From the IMG/VR virus record IMGVR_UViG_3300042290_000544: a stretch of 64,000 nt of DNA. One strand, 5' to 3'. The notes beneath the pieces are model-generated. The model saw nothing but the letters and a program-made list of their open reading frames with translations, had not been told where the DNA came from and ran no database searches. Below, in pieces: positions 1 through 9,252 of the stretch. Position 1 is the stretch's first letter; each line of letters begins with the position of its first letter. Both the position numbers and the translations under genes were made by a program. Source of the DNA: a virus.

Positions 1-1535
1 CCTTGAATACCCTGAGTTCCTTGCGTTCCCTGTGTGCCTTGAATTCCTTGAATGCCCTGGATACCTTGCTCGCCTTGTGTTCCTTGAGTACCTTGAGCAC
101 CGGTTGCACCAATGTCACCCGAACGAGCAAAGGTAATAATGATGTCTAAATCATCCGTAAATGATGTCGCACCAGAAAGATAGGAGACGGGTACCTGGAA
201 ATAATTCGTACCATGCGTATGATTTCCGGTAATCGCAAAGATTGCAAAGTTGTTTGCATTTGCCTTTTCCGAGATTGTAAAGTGACCTTTGATTGTTGAT
301 GTAGAATCGTCAATGGTCTGTAAGAAGTTGTAGATCGAAACACTGAGGTCATCAGTATCATTAATGTACAATGCAGAAGAAAGAGAAAGGTTGGCAGTAT
401 TGAGACGAAGAACGCCGGTGCCAGGATTTGAATTTGTAGTAGTTGTATCAAAGGTATAGTCGAATGCGGCACCGCCAAAGGTACCAGCAGGACCTTGAAT
501 ACCCTGAGTTCCTTGTGTACCTTGCACGCCTTGAATTCCCTGGATACCTTGTGCTCCTTGAATACCTTGAATTCCCTGGATCCCTTGGATTCCTTGTTCA
601 CCCTGAGTACCCTGAGTTCCTTGAATACCCTGCACGCCTTGGGTACCTTGGACGCCCTGAATACCCTGAGTGCCCTGAGTGCCTTGAACACCTTGGATAC
701 CTTGAGTTCCTTGAATTCCCTGTTCGCCCTGAGTTCCCTGTGTTCCTTGCACACCTTGAATACCTTGTGTACCCTGAGTCCCTTGAATACCTTGCTCACC
801 TTGCGTACCCTGTGTTCCTTGTACGCCTTGGATACCTTGAATGCCTTGAGTACCTTGTGTGCCTTGGATTCCTTGAATTCCCTGAGTTCCTTGGATGCCT
901 TGCTCGCCTTGCGTACCCTGTGTTCCTTGCACACCTTGGATACCTTGAGTTCCTTGGATACCCTGGATACCTTGGATGCCTTGCGTGCCTTGAGCACCAT
1001 CGGATCCAACGTAACCATCTGCACCCTGAGCACCCTGAGTTCCCTGCACGCCTTGAATGCCTTGAATTCCTTGTTCACCCTGAGCACCCTGCGTACCTTG
1101 CACGCCTTGAATTCCCTGGATACCTTGCTCGCCCTGAGTACCTTGTGTTCCTTGTACACCTTGAATGCCTTGAATACCCTGGATACCTTGCTCGCCTTGT
1201 GTACCCTGATGTCCTTGGATACCTTGTGTTCCTTGAATACCTTGAATGCCCTGCAAGCCTTGAATACCCTGTGTACCTTGGATACCTTGGACTCCTTGAG
1301 TACCTTGTGTTCCCTGTGTGCCTTGGATTCCTTGAATGCCCTGGATACCTTGCTCGCCTTGGAGACCCTGTGTTCCCTGCACGCCTTGGATACCTTGAAT
1401 GCCTTGGAGACCCTGAGCACCTTGCGCGCCGCCATTAACGGCGTTCCAGTATGATCCATTCCAGATCCAGCTACTGTTGTTAGCTGTATGAATGTAACCG
1501 TTGATCGGATTGGTTGGAAAATTAATTACGGCCAT
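1..1535 (-). CDS. collagen-like tail fibre protein (partial; runs off the left edge; not in the ORF track)
   Basis: ATG at 1535 reads MAVINFPTNPINGYIHTANNSSWIWNGSYWNAVNGG, then about 105 uninterrupted Gly-X-Y triplets (mostly G-I/T/V-Q), a globular domain (GGAAFDYTFD...IIITFARSGD) and more collagen. Late-promoter-like TAATAAATA lies upstream. Confidence 0.9.
   Translation of the reverse strand, partial: MAVINFPTNPINGYIHTANNSSWIWNGSYWNAVNGGAQGAQGLQGIQGIQGVQGTQGLQGEQGIQGIQGIQGTQGTQGTQGVQGIQGTQGIQGLQGIQGIQGTQGIQGHQGTQGEQGIQGIQGIQGVQGTQGTQGEQGIQGIQGVQGTQGAQGEQGIQGIQGVQGTQGAQGADGYVGSDGAQGTQGIQGIQGIQGTQGIQGVQGTQGTQGEQGIQGTQGIQGIQGTQGTQGIQGIQGVQGTQGTQGEQGIQGTQGTQGIQGVQGTQGTQGEQGIQGTQGIQGVQGTQGTQGIQGVQGTQGVQGIQGTQGTQGEQGIQGIQGIQGIQGAQGIQGIQGVQGTQGTQGIQGPAGTFGGAAFDYTFDTTTTNSNPGTGVLRLNTANLSLSSALYINDTDDLSVSIYNFLQTIDDSTSTIKGHFTISEKANANNFAIFAITGNHTHGTNYFQVPVSYLSGATSFTDDLDIIITFARSGDIGATGAQGTQGTQGEQGIQGIQGIQGTQGTQGTQGIQ
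481..1431 (-). repeat. 9-bp collagen (Gly-X-Gln) coding tandem repeat
   Basis: Continuous ccttga(a/g)tac / ccctgagt / ccttgtgt units; Gly every third codon on the minus strand. Confidence 0.95.
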
Positions 1536-1548
1536 AATAGTATTGAGC

Positions 1549-1557
1549 TATTTATTA
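1549..1557 (-). promoter_or_regulatory. T4-type late promoter variant TAATAAATA
   Basis: One mismatch to TATAAATA, just upstream of the fibre ATG at 1535. Confidence 0.6.
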
Positions 1558-1566
1558 AAATGATTC

Positions 1567-4500
1567 TTATTTCTTGATGAGGGCTTTTAATTCATCAATT
1601 TGCTTTTGTTGCTCTTTAATTGCTTCGATGAGGAGAGCAGTAATGTTACCGTAATCAACCGAAAGAGTGCCTTCTGCATCTTCCTTGTCTTGATGCAACA
1701 TGACAACTTCTGGCACAACTTTTTGTACTTCCTGAGCGATGACACCCATCTTACGGGTTTTTGTTTCATCACGAATAAGAGTGTAATATACACCGCGAAG
1801 AGCTAAGGTCTTGTCAAGAGCACTTGTAACTGTTTCTACATTTTCTTTCAGCTTTGCATCGGAGTAAGCTGTAACATTACCAGCAGCCCAAATAGCTCCA
1901 CCGAATGTGGCATTATTATTACTCAGGTCCCAATATACTGGCCAATATCCACCAACTTGGGACCAACTAGTGGTATCAACTCCACCTCTAAGAATATAGA
2001 AGAGGTTAGAGTTATTGTGCAGCATCGCCGACATTTGATCGGCATCTTGAAAGTGCAATGTAGGTGAGCCGCCGCGAATAGTGATTTGATTTCCCCAGAA
2101 TTTTGCAGTAGATAAACTAGAATCGCCGTTGGGATTGAGATAATAACTTGTATCATTACTATCCCTAAATTGGGTAGCATCAGCTATGTTGAAAGTTACG
2201 TTATTTCCTGTGCCTACGCTTTGGTTGATCGTGTAGGCGGTGATGTTGGCGGCATTACCCGTGACGGAGATGCCCCAGCTCCCGCTCGCACCGGAGCCGG
2301 TCAGTGACGGTGCCCATGTCGTAAAATTTTGGTTCGTCAAAACCCTGTTCCATGTCTGCCATTGAGATGCGCCAGATGCACGCCAGCCGCCACGGAACGC
2401 TAAGTCATTTCCTGCATGTGAAACATACACCTGAGCCTGAGCGTCAGAGTTCGCGTCAAAATTTATTAACGCTCCGTATTGGTATGCCACGGTCGGAGAG
2501 TTGCTACCGAAATCGGCTTGGTTTACCTGCACAACGGTTTGAGAAACATCCCCGAGGGTATTCCAATTAGTTGAACTCGCCGGACCTATGCTCTTGAGCA
2601 CTCGCCCGATTGCGTAACCCCCAAAAAGCGTTGAATTTGCCGCCGTCGTCGCCGTCGCCGCATTGCCGCTGATCGAACCAGTAATTGTATTACCTACAGT
2701 TAATCCAACAAGATTCGAAGTGCTTGCTGGGTCTGTATAGTAAACAGTATTGTTTGTATCATAAAAAATAGGAGCGCGAAGCGATCCATTACTATATGCG
2801 TAACCGTCGGTACAGTTAAAAGGATTGTAGTCGGTGCCTCCGCTACTTGTCACGGAGAATATAATTGAATTGCCTTCATCGAAACGAATCATCTGTCCCG
2901 AGAGTCCGGTATTTGGTCTTGCAAAGGAAGAACCGGTATTGGATTTATTTCTTGCGATACCAGCGGCCGTCCAAGAAACGGCGGGTTCTGAGGTCCAAAG
3001 ATAAAGATACGCATTTCCGGTCCCAGCGCCGTTATTTCCGGCTGGAAGACCAAAGGCGGTACTCATTCCATGAGTATAATTAAATGTATTGGTTCCCGTC
3101 CATGTATTTGTATTACCGAGAATGGTCGCACCCGAAGTTCCTTGCGTACCTTGAGCACCCGTCACACTTGTACCAATCGTACCCTGAGCGCCAGTGCTAC
3201 CAGTTGATCCTGTATTGCCAGTCGCACCAGTAATACCTTGACGACCCTGGATACCCTGAGTTCCCTGCGAACCCATTGCGCCTTGAGCACCAGTTGAACC
3301 TGTGATGCCTTGAGTTCCCTGGATACCTTGGATACCTTGAGTTCCCTGCGAACCAAATGTTCCCTGCGCACCCTGAGTTCCTTGAATCCCTTGGATGCCC
3401 TGAGTACCCTGAGTGCCTTGAGTCCCTTGAATACCTTGGCGACCTTGGATACCCTGCGTACCTTGAATACCCTGAATACCTTGAATACCCTGTGTTCCCT
3501 GAGTTCCTTGAATTCCTTGAATACCCTGTGTTCCCTGAGTTCCTTGAACACCTTGAATGCCCTGAGTACCTTGAAGACCCTGAGCGCCTTGAGTTCCGAT
3601 TGCTCCTTGAATACCTGTAATACCTTGGATCCCTTGAATGCCTTGAGTTCCCTGTGCACCGACATCGCCGGTACGTGCAAAGGTAATTATAATATCGGCA
3701 TTCGATGCAAAAGATGTAGCACCCGCAAGATACGATGCAGGAACGCCGAAGTAATTCGTGTTATGAGTATGAGCCCCCGTGATTGCAAATAGCGCAAATA
3801 CATCTGGATTGCCTTTGATTGAAATTGTGAAGTGACCCTTAATAACAGATGTCGAATCATCAATTGTCTGTAAGAAATTATAGTTCGAGTTATTTAAATC
3901 GTCCAACTCGTTAATGTAAAGAGCATCGGCGAGCGAAAGATTTGCATTATTGAGCCGTAGCTTTCCGGCTCCGGGATTGGAATTTACAGTAGATGTATCA
4001 AATGTGTAATCGAACGCTGCACCGCCAAAGGTGCCTGCGGTACCTTGAATACCTTGGATACCTGTAAGACCCTGAATGCCTTGAGTACCTTGAGCTCCAG
4101 TAATACCAGATGTTGCGGAAACCCATTGAGATGAGTCACCGTCAAAATAGTAAATCATGAGCATACCGCCAACAGAATTCCACCAAAGATCATTTACCTC
4201 TGGAGAAGTTGGTGCAGTGTCGCTAATAGAAATTTCTGTACCCTTGAACCCTTGAATACCTTGAAGACCCTGTGTTCCTTGTGTACCTTGGACGCCTTGA
4301 ATACCTTGGATGCCCTGCTCACCCTGAGTGCCTTGTGTCCCTTGGATGCCCTGGATTCCTTGAATACCCTGGATGCCTTGTTCGCCCTGTGTCCCTTGAG
4401 TCCCTTGGATACCTTGAGCACCTTCGGTTCCCTGTGTTCCCTGAGTGCCTTGGACGCCTTGCGTTCCCTGCACGCCTTGAATACCTTGAATGCCTTGGAT

Positions 4501-5418
4501 TCCCTGCTCACCCTGAGTGCCTTGTATCCCTTGAATGCCCTGGATACCTTGGGTACCTTGTGTCCCTTGGATACCTTGCGTACCTTGTGGTCCAAGTTGG
4601 GTATACATTACCTGCGTTGCCGTCAGAATAATCGACGGTGTTCTTGGGCGATTATCATTACCCGCAATTGTTTCTAACGTAACATTAGCACTATTTGTTT
4701 CCCAGAAAAGTTGAATGTAATCATTTGCCGCCAATGACAATACAAAATTCACCGTCAATATATTAGATGAGTATGCACCTCCTTGTTTATCCGGAACATC
4801 ATAATGGGAATTTGTATCTACAAGAACTGTTCCATTCTTCTTAAGGAAGAACTGAGTTGCACCATTCGCCGTGCTTCGATTTGTTAATTGAACGGAAAAT
4901 GTGATGCTATAAACACCTTGATTTGTAAAGGTTACCCGGCTTCCAGAAACCACAGAAACCGCATTACTATCGGTGTCATAGCTATCCAGTGTTACAGCTT
5001 GAGGAGTGTTAAGAGCTACTGCCGTTTGATTTGTGGTATCCCAGAATGAACCCCAATAACCAATTGCACCACCGGTGCCAGGAGCTCCGGAGATACCTTG
5101 GATACCCTGACGACCTTGGGTACCTTGAGTGCCCTGAGTACCTTGGACACCTTGAATTCCTTGGATACCCTGAGTTCCTTGAATACCCTGGCGCCCCTGT
5201 GTTCCTTGCGTACCCTGTACGCCTTGAATACCTTGTATACCCTGAGTGCCTTGTGTTCCACCACCCTGATAATAGAATGTCCCGTCTGTATCCGATACTA
5301 AGAAACGAGTGAGCCCCTGGGTACTTTGGATACCTTGGACTGCGATTGTTCCAGTTACGGTTGCGTTACCGGCTACATCTAAGCCGTTTTTGACTTTAAA
5401 GTTTTTATCTATAGACAT
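1567..5418 (-). CDS. collagen-like tail fibre with knob domain and C-terminal peptidase S74 intramolecular chaperone
   Basis: 1283 aa; N-terminal KNFKVKNGL, several G-X-Q blocks, pyocin-knob-like segment (YQYGALI...QWQTWNRV), and S74 signature YSDAKLKENV...GVIAQEV...VDYGNITALLIEAIKEQQ. Confidence 0.88.
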   Translation of the reverse strand: MSIDKNFKVKNGLDVAGNATVTGTIAVQGIQSTQGLTRFLVSDTDGTFYYQGGGTQGTQGIQGIQGVQGTQGTQGRQGIQGTQGIQGIQGVQGTQGTQGTQGRQGIQGISGAPGTGGAIGYWGSFWDTTNQTAVALNTPQAVTLDSYDTDSNAVSVVSGSRVTFTNQGVYSITFSVQLTNRSTANGATQFFLKKNGTVLVDTNSHYDVPDKQGGAYSSNILTVNFVLSLAANDYIQLFWETNSANVTLETIAGNDNRPRTPSIILTATQVMYTQLGPQGTQGIQGTQGTQGIQGIQGIQGTQGEQGIQGIQGIQGVQGTQGVQGTQGTQGTEGAQGIQGTQGTQGEQGIQGIQGIQGIQGTQGTQGEQGIQGIQGVQGTQGTQGLQGIQGFKGTEISISDTAPTSPEVNDLWWNSVGGMLMIYYFDGDSSQWVSATSGITGAQGTQGIQGLTGIQGIQGTAGTFGGAAFDYTFDTSTVNSNPGAGKLRLNNANLSLADALYINELDDLNNSNYNFLQTIDDSTSVIKGHFTISIKGNPDVFALFAITGAHTHNTNYFGVPASYLAGATSFASNADIIITFARTGDVGAQGTQGIQGIQGITGIQGAIGTQGAQGLQGTQGIQGVQGTQGTQGIQGIQGTQGTQGIQGIQGIQGTQGIQGRQGIQGTQGTQGTQGIQGIQGTQGAQGTFGSQGTQGIQGIQGTQGITGSTGAQGAMGSQGTQGIQGRQGITGATGNTGSTGSTGAQGTIGTSVTGAQGTQGTSGATILGNTNTWTGTNTFNYTHGMSTAFGLPAGNNGAGTGNAYLYLWTSEPAVSWTAAGIARNKSNTGSSFARPNTGLSGQMIRFDEGNSIIFSVTSSGGTDYNPFNCTDGYAYSNGSLRAPIFYDTNNTVYYTDPASTSNLVGLTVGNTITGSISGNAATATTAANSTLFGGYAIGRVLKSIGPASSTNWNTLGDVSQTVVQVNQADFGSNSPTVAYQYGALINFDANSDAQAQVYVSHAGNDLAFRGGWRASGASQWQTWNRVLTNQNFTTWAPSLTGSGASGSWGISVTGNAANITAYTINQSVGTGNNVTFNIADATQFRDSNDTSYYLNPNGDSSLSTAKFWGNQITIRGGSPTLHFQDADQMSAMLHNNSNLFYILRGGVDTTSWSQVGGYWPVYWDLSNNNATFGGAIWAAGNVTAYSDAKLKENVETVTSALDKTLALRGVYYTLIRDETKTRKMGVIAQEVQKVVPEVVMLHQDKEDAEGTLSVDYGNITALLIEAIKEQQKQIDELKALIKK

Positions 5419-5464
5419 TCTGTTTCCTTATTCCACAGAAGGTTGAACACCGACGTTGAATGTC

Positions 5465-5472
5465 TATTTATA
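5465..5472 (-). promoter_or_regulatory. T4 late promoter TATAAATA
   Basis: Exact gp55 consensus upstream of the fibre gene starting at 5418. Confidence 0.85.
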
Positions 5473-5492
5473 ATAAATTAGTTCACAGGACT

Positions 5493-7040
5493 TTAAAAGC
5501 CCAAATACTTCTGACGAATGAAGCGAAGATCGTAGGACGTGTAACTAATCGGACGGTTCTCGAATGGAAGTTTGCTTGGAGCACACCATCTCCATTCCTT
5601 ACCCCATTTATGAGTCATGTAGTCCATGTTCATGAGATTCACTCGGTCCAATTTCTCTTTGAGTACCGGATCGCTCTTGCCCGTCTGACTTCCATGAACA
5701 TGATATTCGTTCTTCTTGCCCTCGCCGTGATAGTAATCGCTTTGAAGATTCATCATCTTGCGGATTGGACTGTGGATGAACCGTAGGAAGTAATCGGCGT
5801 CCTCGTTGTACGCGGGATACAGATTCTCATCAAAGAGACCGTAATCGGCAACAATATGATCTCGAAGTAGGAAAAGGTCCCAGCTACCGACATTATGGTC
5901 GCCTTCGTAGCCGTGAATGATACCGAGCGAAGGATCACGCATAGTTGCAGCATACATTTCCGCAAGGAAACCACGACCAAACGCAACATCATCATTTACA
6001 ATGATCCAGTACGGAGCCTTCAGATAGGATTTAATCATAAGGTTCCATGAGCCCGGAACACCTAGATTTGCCGGCATATGAACCACTTTAATCTTACGAA
6101 TGTAGGGATGCGGAGTTGCAGCAATCGCATCCAATTCGGCATCAATCTCTCCGCGTCCGTTGTTATTGATGATGCAGAACTCCTTGACGGGAAAATCAAC
6201 ACTCTCAACAAGGCGTTTTACCCATTTTGGATTTGTGACCACTGCCGTTCCGATCATAGGAATGATGGGAGTCGGCACTGGCTTCTTCATAATGGATTCC
6301 AGTGATGCTGTGGGACCATTCTGTTGCCACCACGTTGTGACGTACTTCTCGGAAAGAGCATTGTATTCCTTGACCTTCTTGGTATCGTTACTATAGAAGG
6401 TCGACGAGAATGTATTCTTTTCAGTGAAGAGCGGGATACTGTACGACTTTGGTTCTCCCGGGAAATACACGAGGTTCTCTACGATGGGCTGGCACTGTTT
6501 GTCATTCTGAACAATGAGACGGAAACGACCATCAATAAAGTAATCATCAATCAGCTGTTTGGCGTATGATCGTTTGATCAGATACGCAGTGACGCACCAG
6601 TCGGAAGCAATGCGTGGACGGAAGCCAATATCATTAATTTCATCCGACCGAATCTGAGCCAACTGTACATTCTTCCAGTCCGAAGGAAGCGATGCAAAGA
6701 ACTCTGACCACGTGAAACTCCAGTTCTCGCAGTTCTCAAGGTTCACATCATCTTCCAAGAATAACGCAACATCGGTTTCGGAAGTATCGTACCAATACTT
6801 GATCATTGTGAGGTGACCCATTGCACACGCAATATCGGTCGACTTCATAATGTCAAAGTAAATGCCAGTGACGACATCTCCTTTCTTGCGATAATCCGTT
6901 ACGCGACCATCAAAACCATCAATGCGAGTATGCTTGCCGATGCCGTACTTGGCAAACTGGTCATTAATGCACTTATGTCTGTCGGGCTGGTCGGGAAGTG
7001 TGAGCCAATAGACGGGAGGAAAATTATCCAGTTTGCTCAT
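5493..7040 (-). CDS. GT25 + GT2 double glycosyltransferase
   Basis: N-half has GT25-type motifs (VYWLTL..DR, IDGFDG, ACAMGH, LFLEDDV); C-half is GT-A/GT2-like (WIIVNDDV, GLFDENLYPAYNEDADY). Confidence 0.8.
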   Translation of the reverse strand: MSKLDNFPPVYWLTLPDQPDRHKCINDQFAKYGIGKHTRIDGFDGRVTDYRKKGDVVTGIYFDIMKSTDIACAMGHLTMIKYWYDTSETDVALFLEDDVNLENCENWSFTWSEFFASLPSDWKNVQLAQIRSDEINDIGFRPRIASDWCVTAYLIKRSYAKQLIDDYFIDGRFRLIVQNDKQCQPIVENLVYFPGEPKSYSIPLFTEKNTFSSTFYSNDTKKVKEYNALSEKYVTTWWQQNGPTASLESIMKKPVPTPIIPMIGTAVVTNPKWVKRLVESVDFPVKEFCIINNNGRGEIDAELDAIAATPHPYIRKIKVVHMPANLGVPGSWNLMIKSYLKAPYWIIVNDDVAFGRGFLAEMYAATMRDPSLGIIHGYEGDHNVGSWDLFLLRDHIVADYGLFDENLYPAYNEDADYFLRFIHSPIRKMMNLQSDYYHGEGKKNEYHVHGSQTGKSDPVLKEKLDRVNLMNMDYMTHKWGKEWRWCAPSKLPFENRPISYTSYDLRFIRQKYLGF

Positions 7041-8203
7041 ACTTCGGCTTTCATGAACTTAAGGTTATTCAGAACAGCACCCTTATGAGTAGGATCCAGT
7101 TGATAGTTCTTATGAAGGTCGATGAACATATTCTTTGAATCTTCACAGAGACCCACCCACCATGCGCTTACGGCTTTTTCAAATAGCATACCATAATAAC
7201 CAGGATATTCTACCCAGGTCCGAAGAGGTCCGCAATTAAAATCACAAATCTCCAGCGCCATTGACGCATAGGTATAACAGTTTACCCAGCTCTCAACCGT
7301 GCTTTCGCGTTCATGATACCGAGCAAGGAGGAAGTACGCCTCAGGACGCGTTGGTAGAATCGAGATTGCGCGTTGAAGCAATCCACGAACCGAAAGACCT
7401 CGGGTACCTTGTTTCTGGAAGCAGAGTGCCGCACGAATCAGGCACTCATATTGATAGAACGGAATATCACTGCGTTCGGCGGCACGAATGTAATAGGAGA
7501 TGGCAGAAGCCGTCTGGCCGATATTGTCGTACCAAAGAGCAAGAACGTAGTTATTGTATTCGTTGGATGGGTCGCCAACATAGGCATTCATCATCTCATT
7601 AAAACCAATACCATGAGCCCACGTATGGAAGTCAACAAGATTCAACCACTTTTTGCGGTTCTTCTCAAGGTTCTCATATGTAAGTTCTTCCTTTACCTCG
7701 AGGAATTCAATATCCGTAAAATTATGCTTAAGACTAAGGATACCGCAACCATGGTCGACATCGACGACGTTCACATCAAAAAGATACTCTTTTTTACGGA
7801 ATTCAACAAGAGCTTTCCAGCAATCTCCGTTCCACATACCCTGTCCAGAATATGGAATCTCCTGAGCCCGTTGAGTCAATGGATTCATATCATGGCACAC
7901 AATGTAACCATTCGGATTCAGACACTCTGCGGCATTCTTGAGGTCCTTAAAGACCTGATCGGCATGATGAAGCCCATCAATAAAGATCACATCAAACTTC
8001 TCGGTATTCTGAGCAAAGAATTCATCCGAAGTCATGACCTTACAGAGTTCCGGGTTCTTTAATTTCTCCGGAGACGGGTCAACACCAACACGTTTAGGGC
8101 AAACAATATTGTCAAAGTTATGCCCATTCCATACGCCAATCTCAAGATAGGATTGAGCTTTGCACTTGGCAATTAGATAATTAATGATTGTGGTGCGGTT
8201 CAT
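7037..8203 (-). CDS. class I SAM methyltransferase (Methyltransf_24-like) fused to TPR domain
   Basis: YLEIGV, DVIFIDGLH and VCHD motifs; helical C-terminus with TPR-like PTRPEAYFLLARY. Confidence 0.75.
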   Translation of the reverse strand: MNRTTIINYLIAKCKAQSYLEIGVWNGHNFDNIVCPKRVGVDPSPEKLKNPELCKVMTSDEFFAQNTEKFDVIFIDGLHHADQVFKDLKNAAECLNPNGYIVCHDMNPLTQRAQEIPYSGQGMWNGDCWKALVEFRKKEYLFDVNVVDVDHGCGILSLKHNFTDIEFLEVKEELTYENLEKNRKKWLNLVDFHTWAHGIGFNEMMNAYVGDPSNEYNNYVLALWYDNIGQTASAISYYIRAAERSDIPFYQYECLIRAALCFQKQGTRGLSVRGLLQRAISILPTRPEAYFLLARYHERESTVESWVNCYTYASMALEICDFNCGPLRTWVEYPGYYGMLFEKAVSAWWVGLCEDSKNMFIDLHKNYQLDPTHKGAVLNNLKFMKAEV

Positions 8204-9198
8204 TTGTTATTCTCCTCAATGAAGTTCATGATTGTAGAAATCGGGCAACGGAACACATAGGCTGCATTATCCTGGAAGCCAAAAGTAATTGCGACATTCT
8301 TTTCATCGACCAAGCACATTCCAATTGCAAATTCAACCTGTGCGTCAAGAAAGAAGAACTCTTTGGAGTATTTTACAATGTTCCAGTTCTCATCCCACAT
8401 GACCCAACGGTGATGATACACCGCGTCCTTGCGACCGACATCGGATTTAAAGAGGTCGACCTCGTGAGTGATTGCAACATAATGATTGCCAATCTTGACG
8501 GCTTGAGTACCACCTCGGAGGTCACGTCGGAGTTCGGCATGGTTTTGAGCCAACAGTACTCGTTCGCAACCCTGTGTTTCTGGAATTGCTTTTACAATCT
8601 CCGTGGGTCCGCACCATTTAATGAAGTGATATGGTTTGTCAAGGATTGGCATCCAGTTCTTTTCACAATATGAATTCGGATCGATCGGCGTCGGAATACG
8701 GAAGCGAGATACTTCCTTTACGGTATCATTCGAGACCTGAATCTCCGAAAGTTCCATGCGACCCTGACCGTTGGTCGTGGTATCTCTACGGACGCCAGTA
8801 ATAAACAGTTTGCCGTCCCAACGAACGAGTCTTGCATCCTCAAGACCCACAAATTCCCATTTGGGCTCATAGGTATCACCGAAACTCATATCAATCTTTG
8901 TGACTCGGGTGAGGTTAAGATCATTCGAGTTGTCCAACTCGCCGTAGTAGTTTTCCGTACGGAGATGCTGGTCGTTCTCGGGATGTAGATAGGTCAGTGG
9001 ACCCCAAGGATGCAAGAACAGTTTGTTCTCGGAATGATAGAAGGTATAATTCACGTGGCGAATTACAACCTTAAGTTTACCACCATCATTAAAGATGGAT
9101 GGATTCATAAGTCCAGTACCCTTCGTGAGGTTTGCTGGAACAATTAATGGCTTGATGGCACCGCCATCCTGCAAAGCAGATTTTACAAAGTTTTTCAT
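8200..9198 (-). CDS. GH43/GH130-like five-bladed beta-propeller glycoside hydrolase/phosphorylase
   Basis: NPSIF, EDARLV, EKNWMP and LRGG motifs. Confidence 0.65.
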   Translation of the reverse strand: MKNFVKSALQDGGAIKPLIVPANLTKGTGLMNPSIFNDGGKLKVVIRHVNYTFYHSENKLFLHPWGPLTYLHPENDQHLRTENYYGELDNSNDLNLTRVTKIDMSFGDTYEPKWEFVGLEDARLVRWDGKLFITGVRRDTTTNGQGRMELSEIQVSNDTVKEVSRFRIPTPIDPNSYCEKNWMPILDKPYHFIKWCGPTEIVKAIPETQGCERVLLAQNHAELRRDLRGGTQAVKIGNHYVAITHEVDLFKSDVGRKDAVYHHRWVMWDENWNIVKYSKEFFFLDAQVEFAIGMCLVDEKNVAITFGFQDNAAYVFRCPISTIMNFIEENNK

Positions 9199-9221
9199 AA
9201 GTAGTAACTCAATTAGCTACT

Positions 9222-9251
9222 ACTATATATCAACCCTTTTTAAAAGTAAAC
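9222..9251 (-). promoter_or_regulatory. early (sigma70-type) promoter for the glycan cassette
   Basis: GTTTAC at 9246-9251 and TATAGT at 9222-9227 (18-nt spacer), same family as the other early promoters. Confidence 0.55.
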
Positions 9252-9252
9252 C

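Noticed and set aside
481-1431. Possible CRISPR array or satellite DNA
   Set aside because: No repeat-spacer alternation; variation follows synonymous codon positions of collagen.
146-5312. Long alternative-frame and antisense ORFs (146-1459, 443-1438, 495-1454, 3162-3680, 4194-4677 and others)
   Set aside because: These are shadows of the 9-bp collagen repeat, which lacks stops in several frames; the real frame is Gly-X-Gln.
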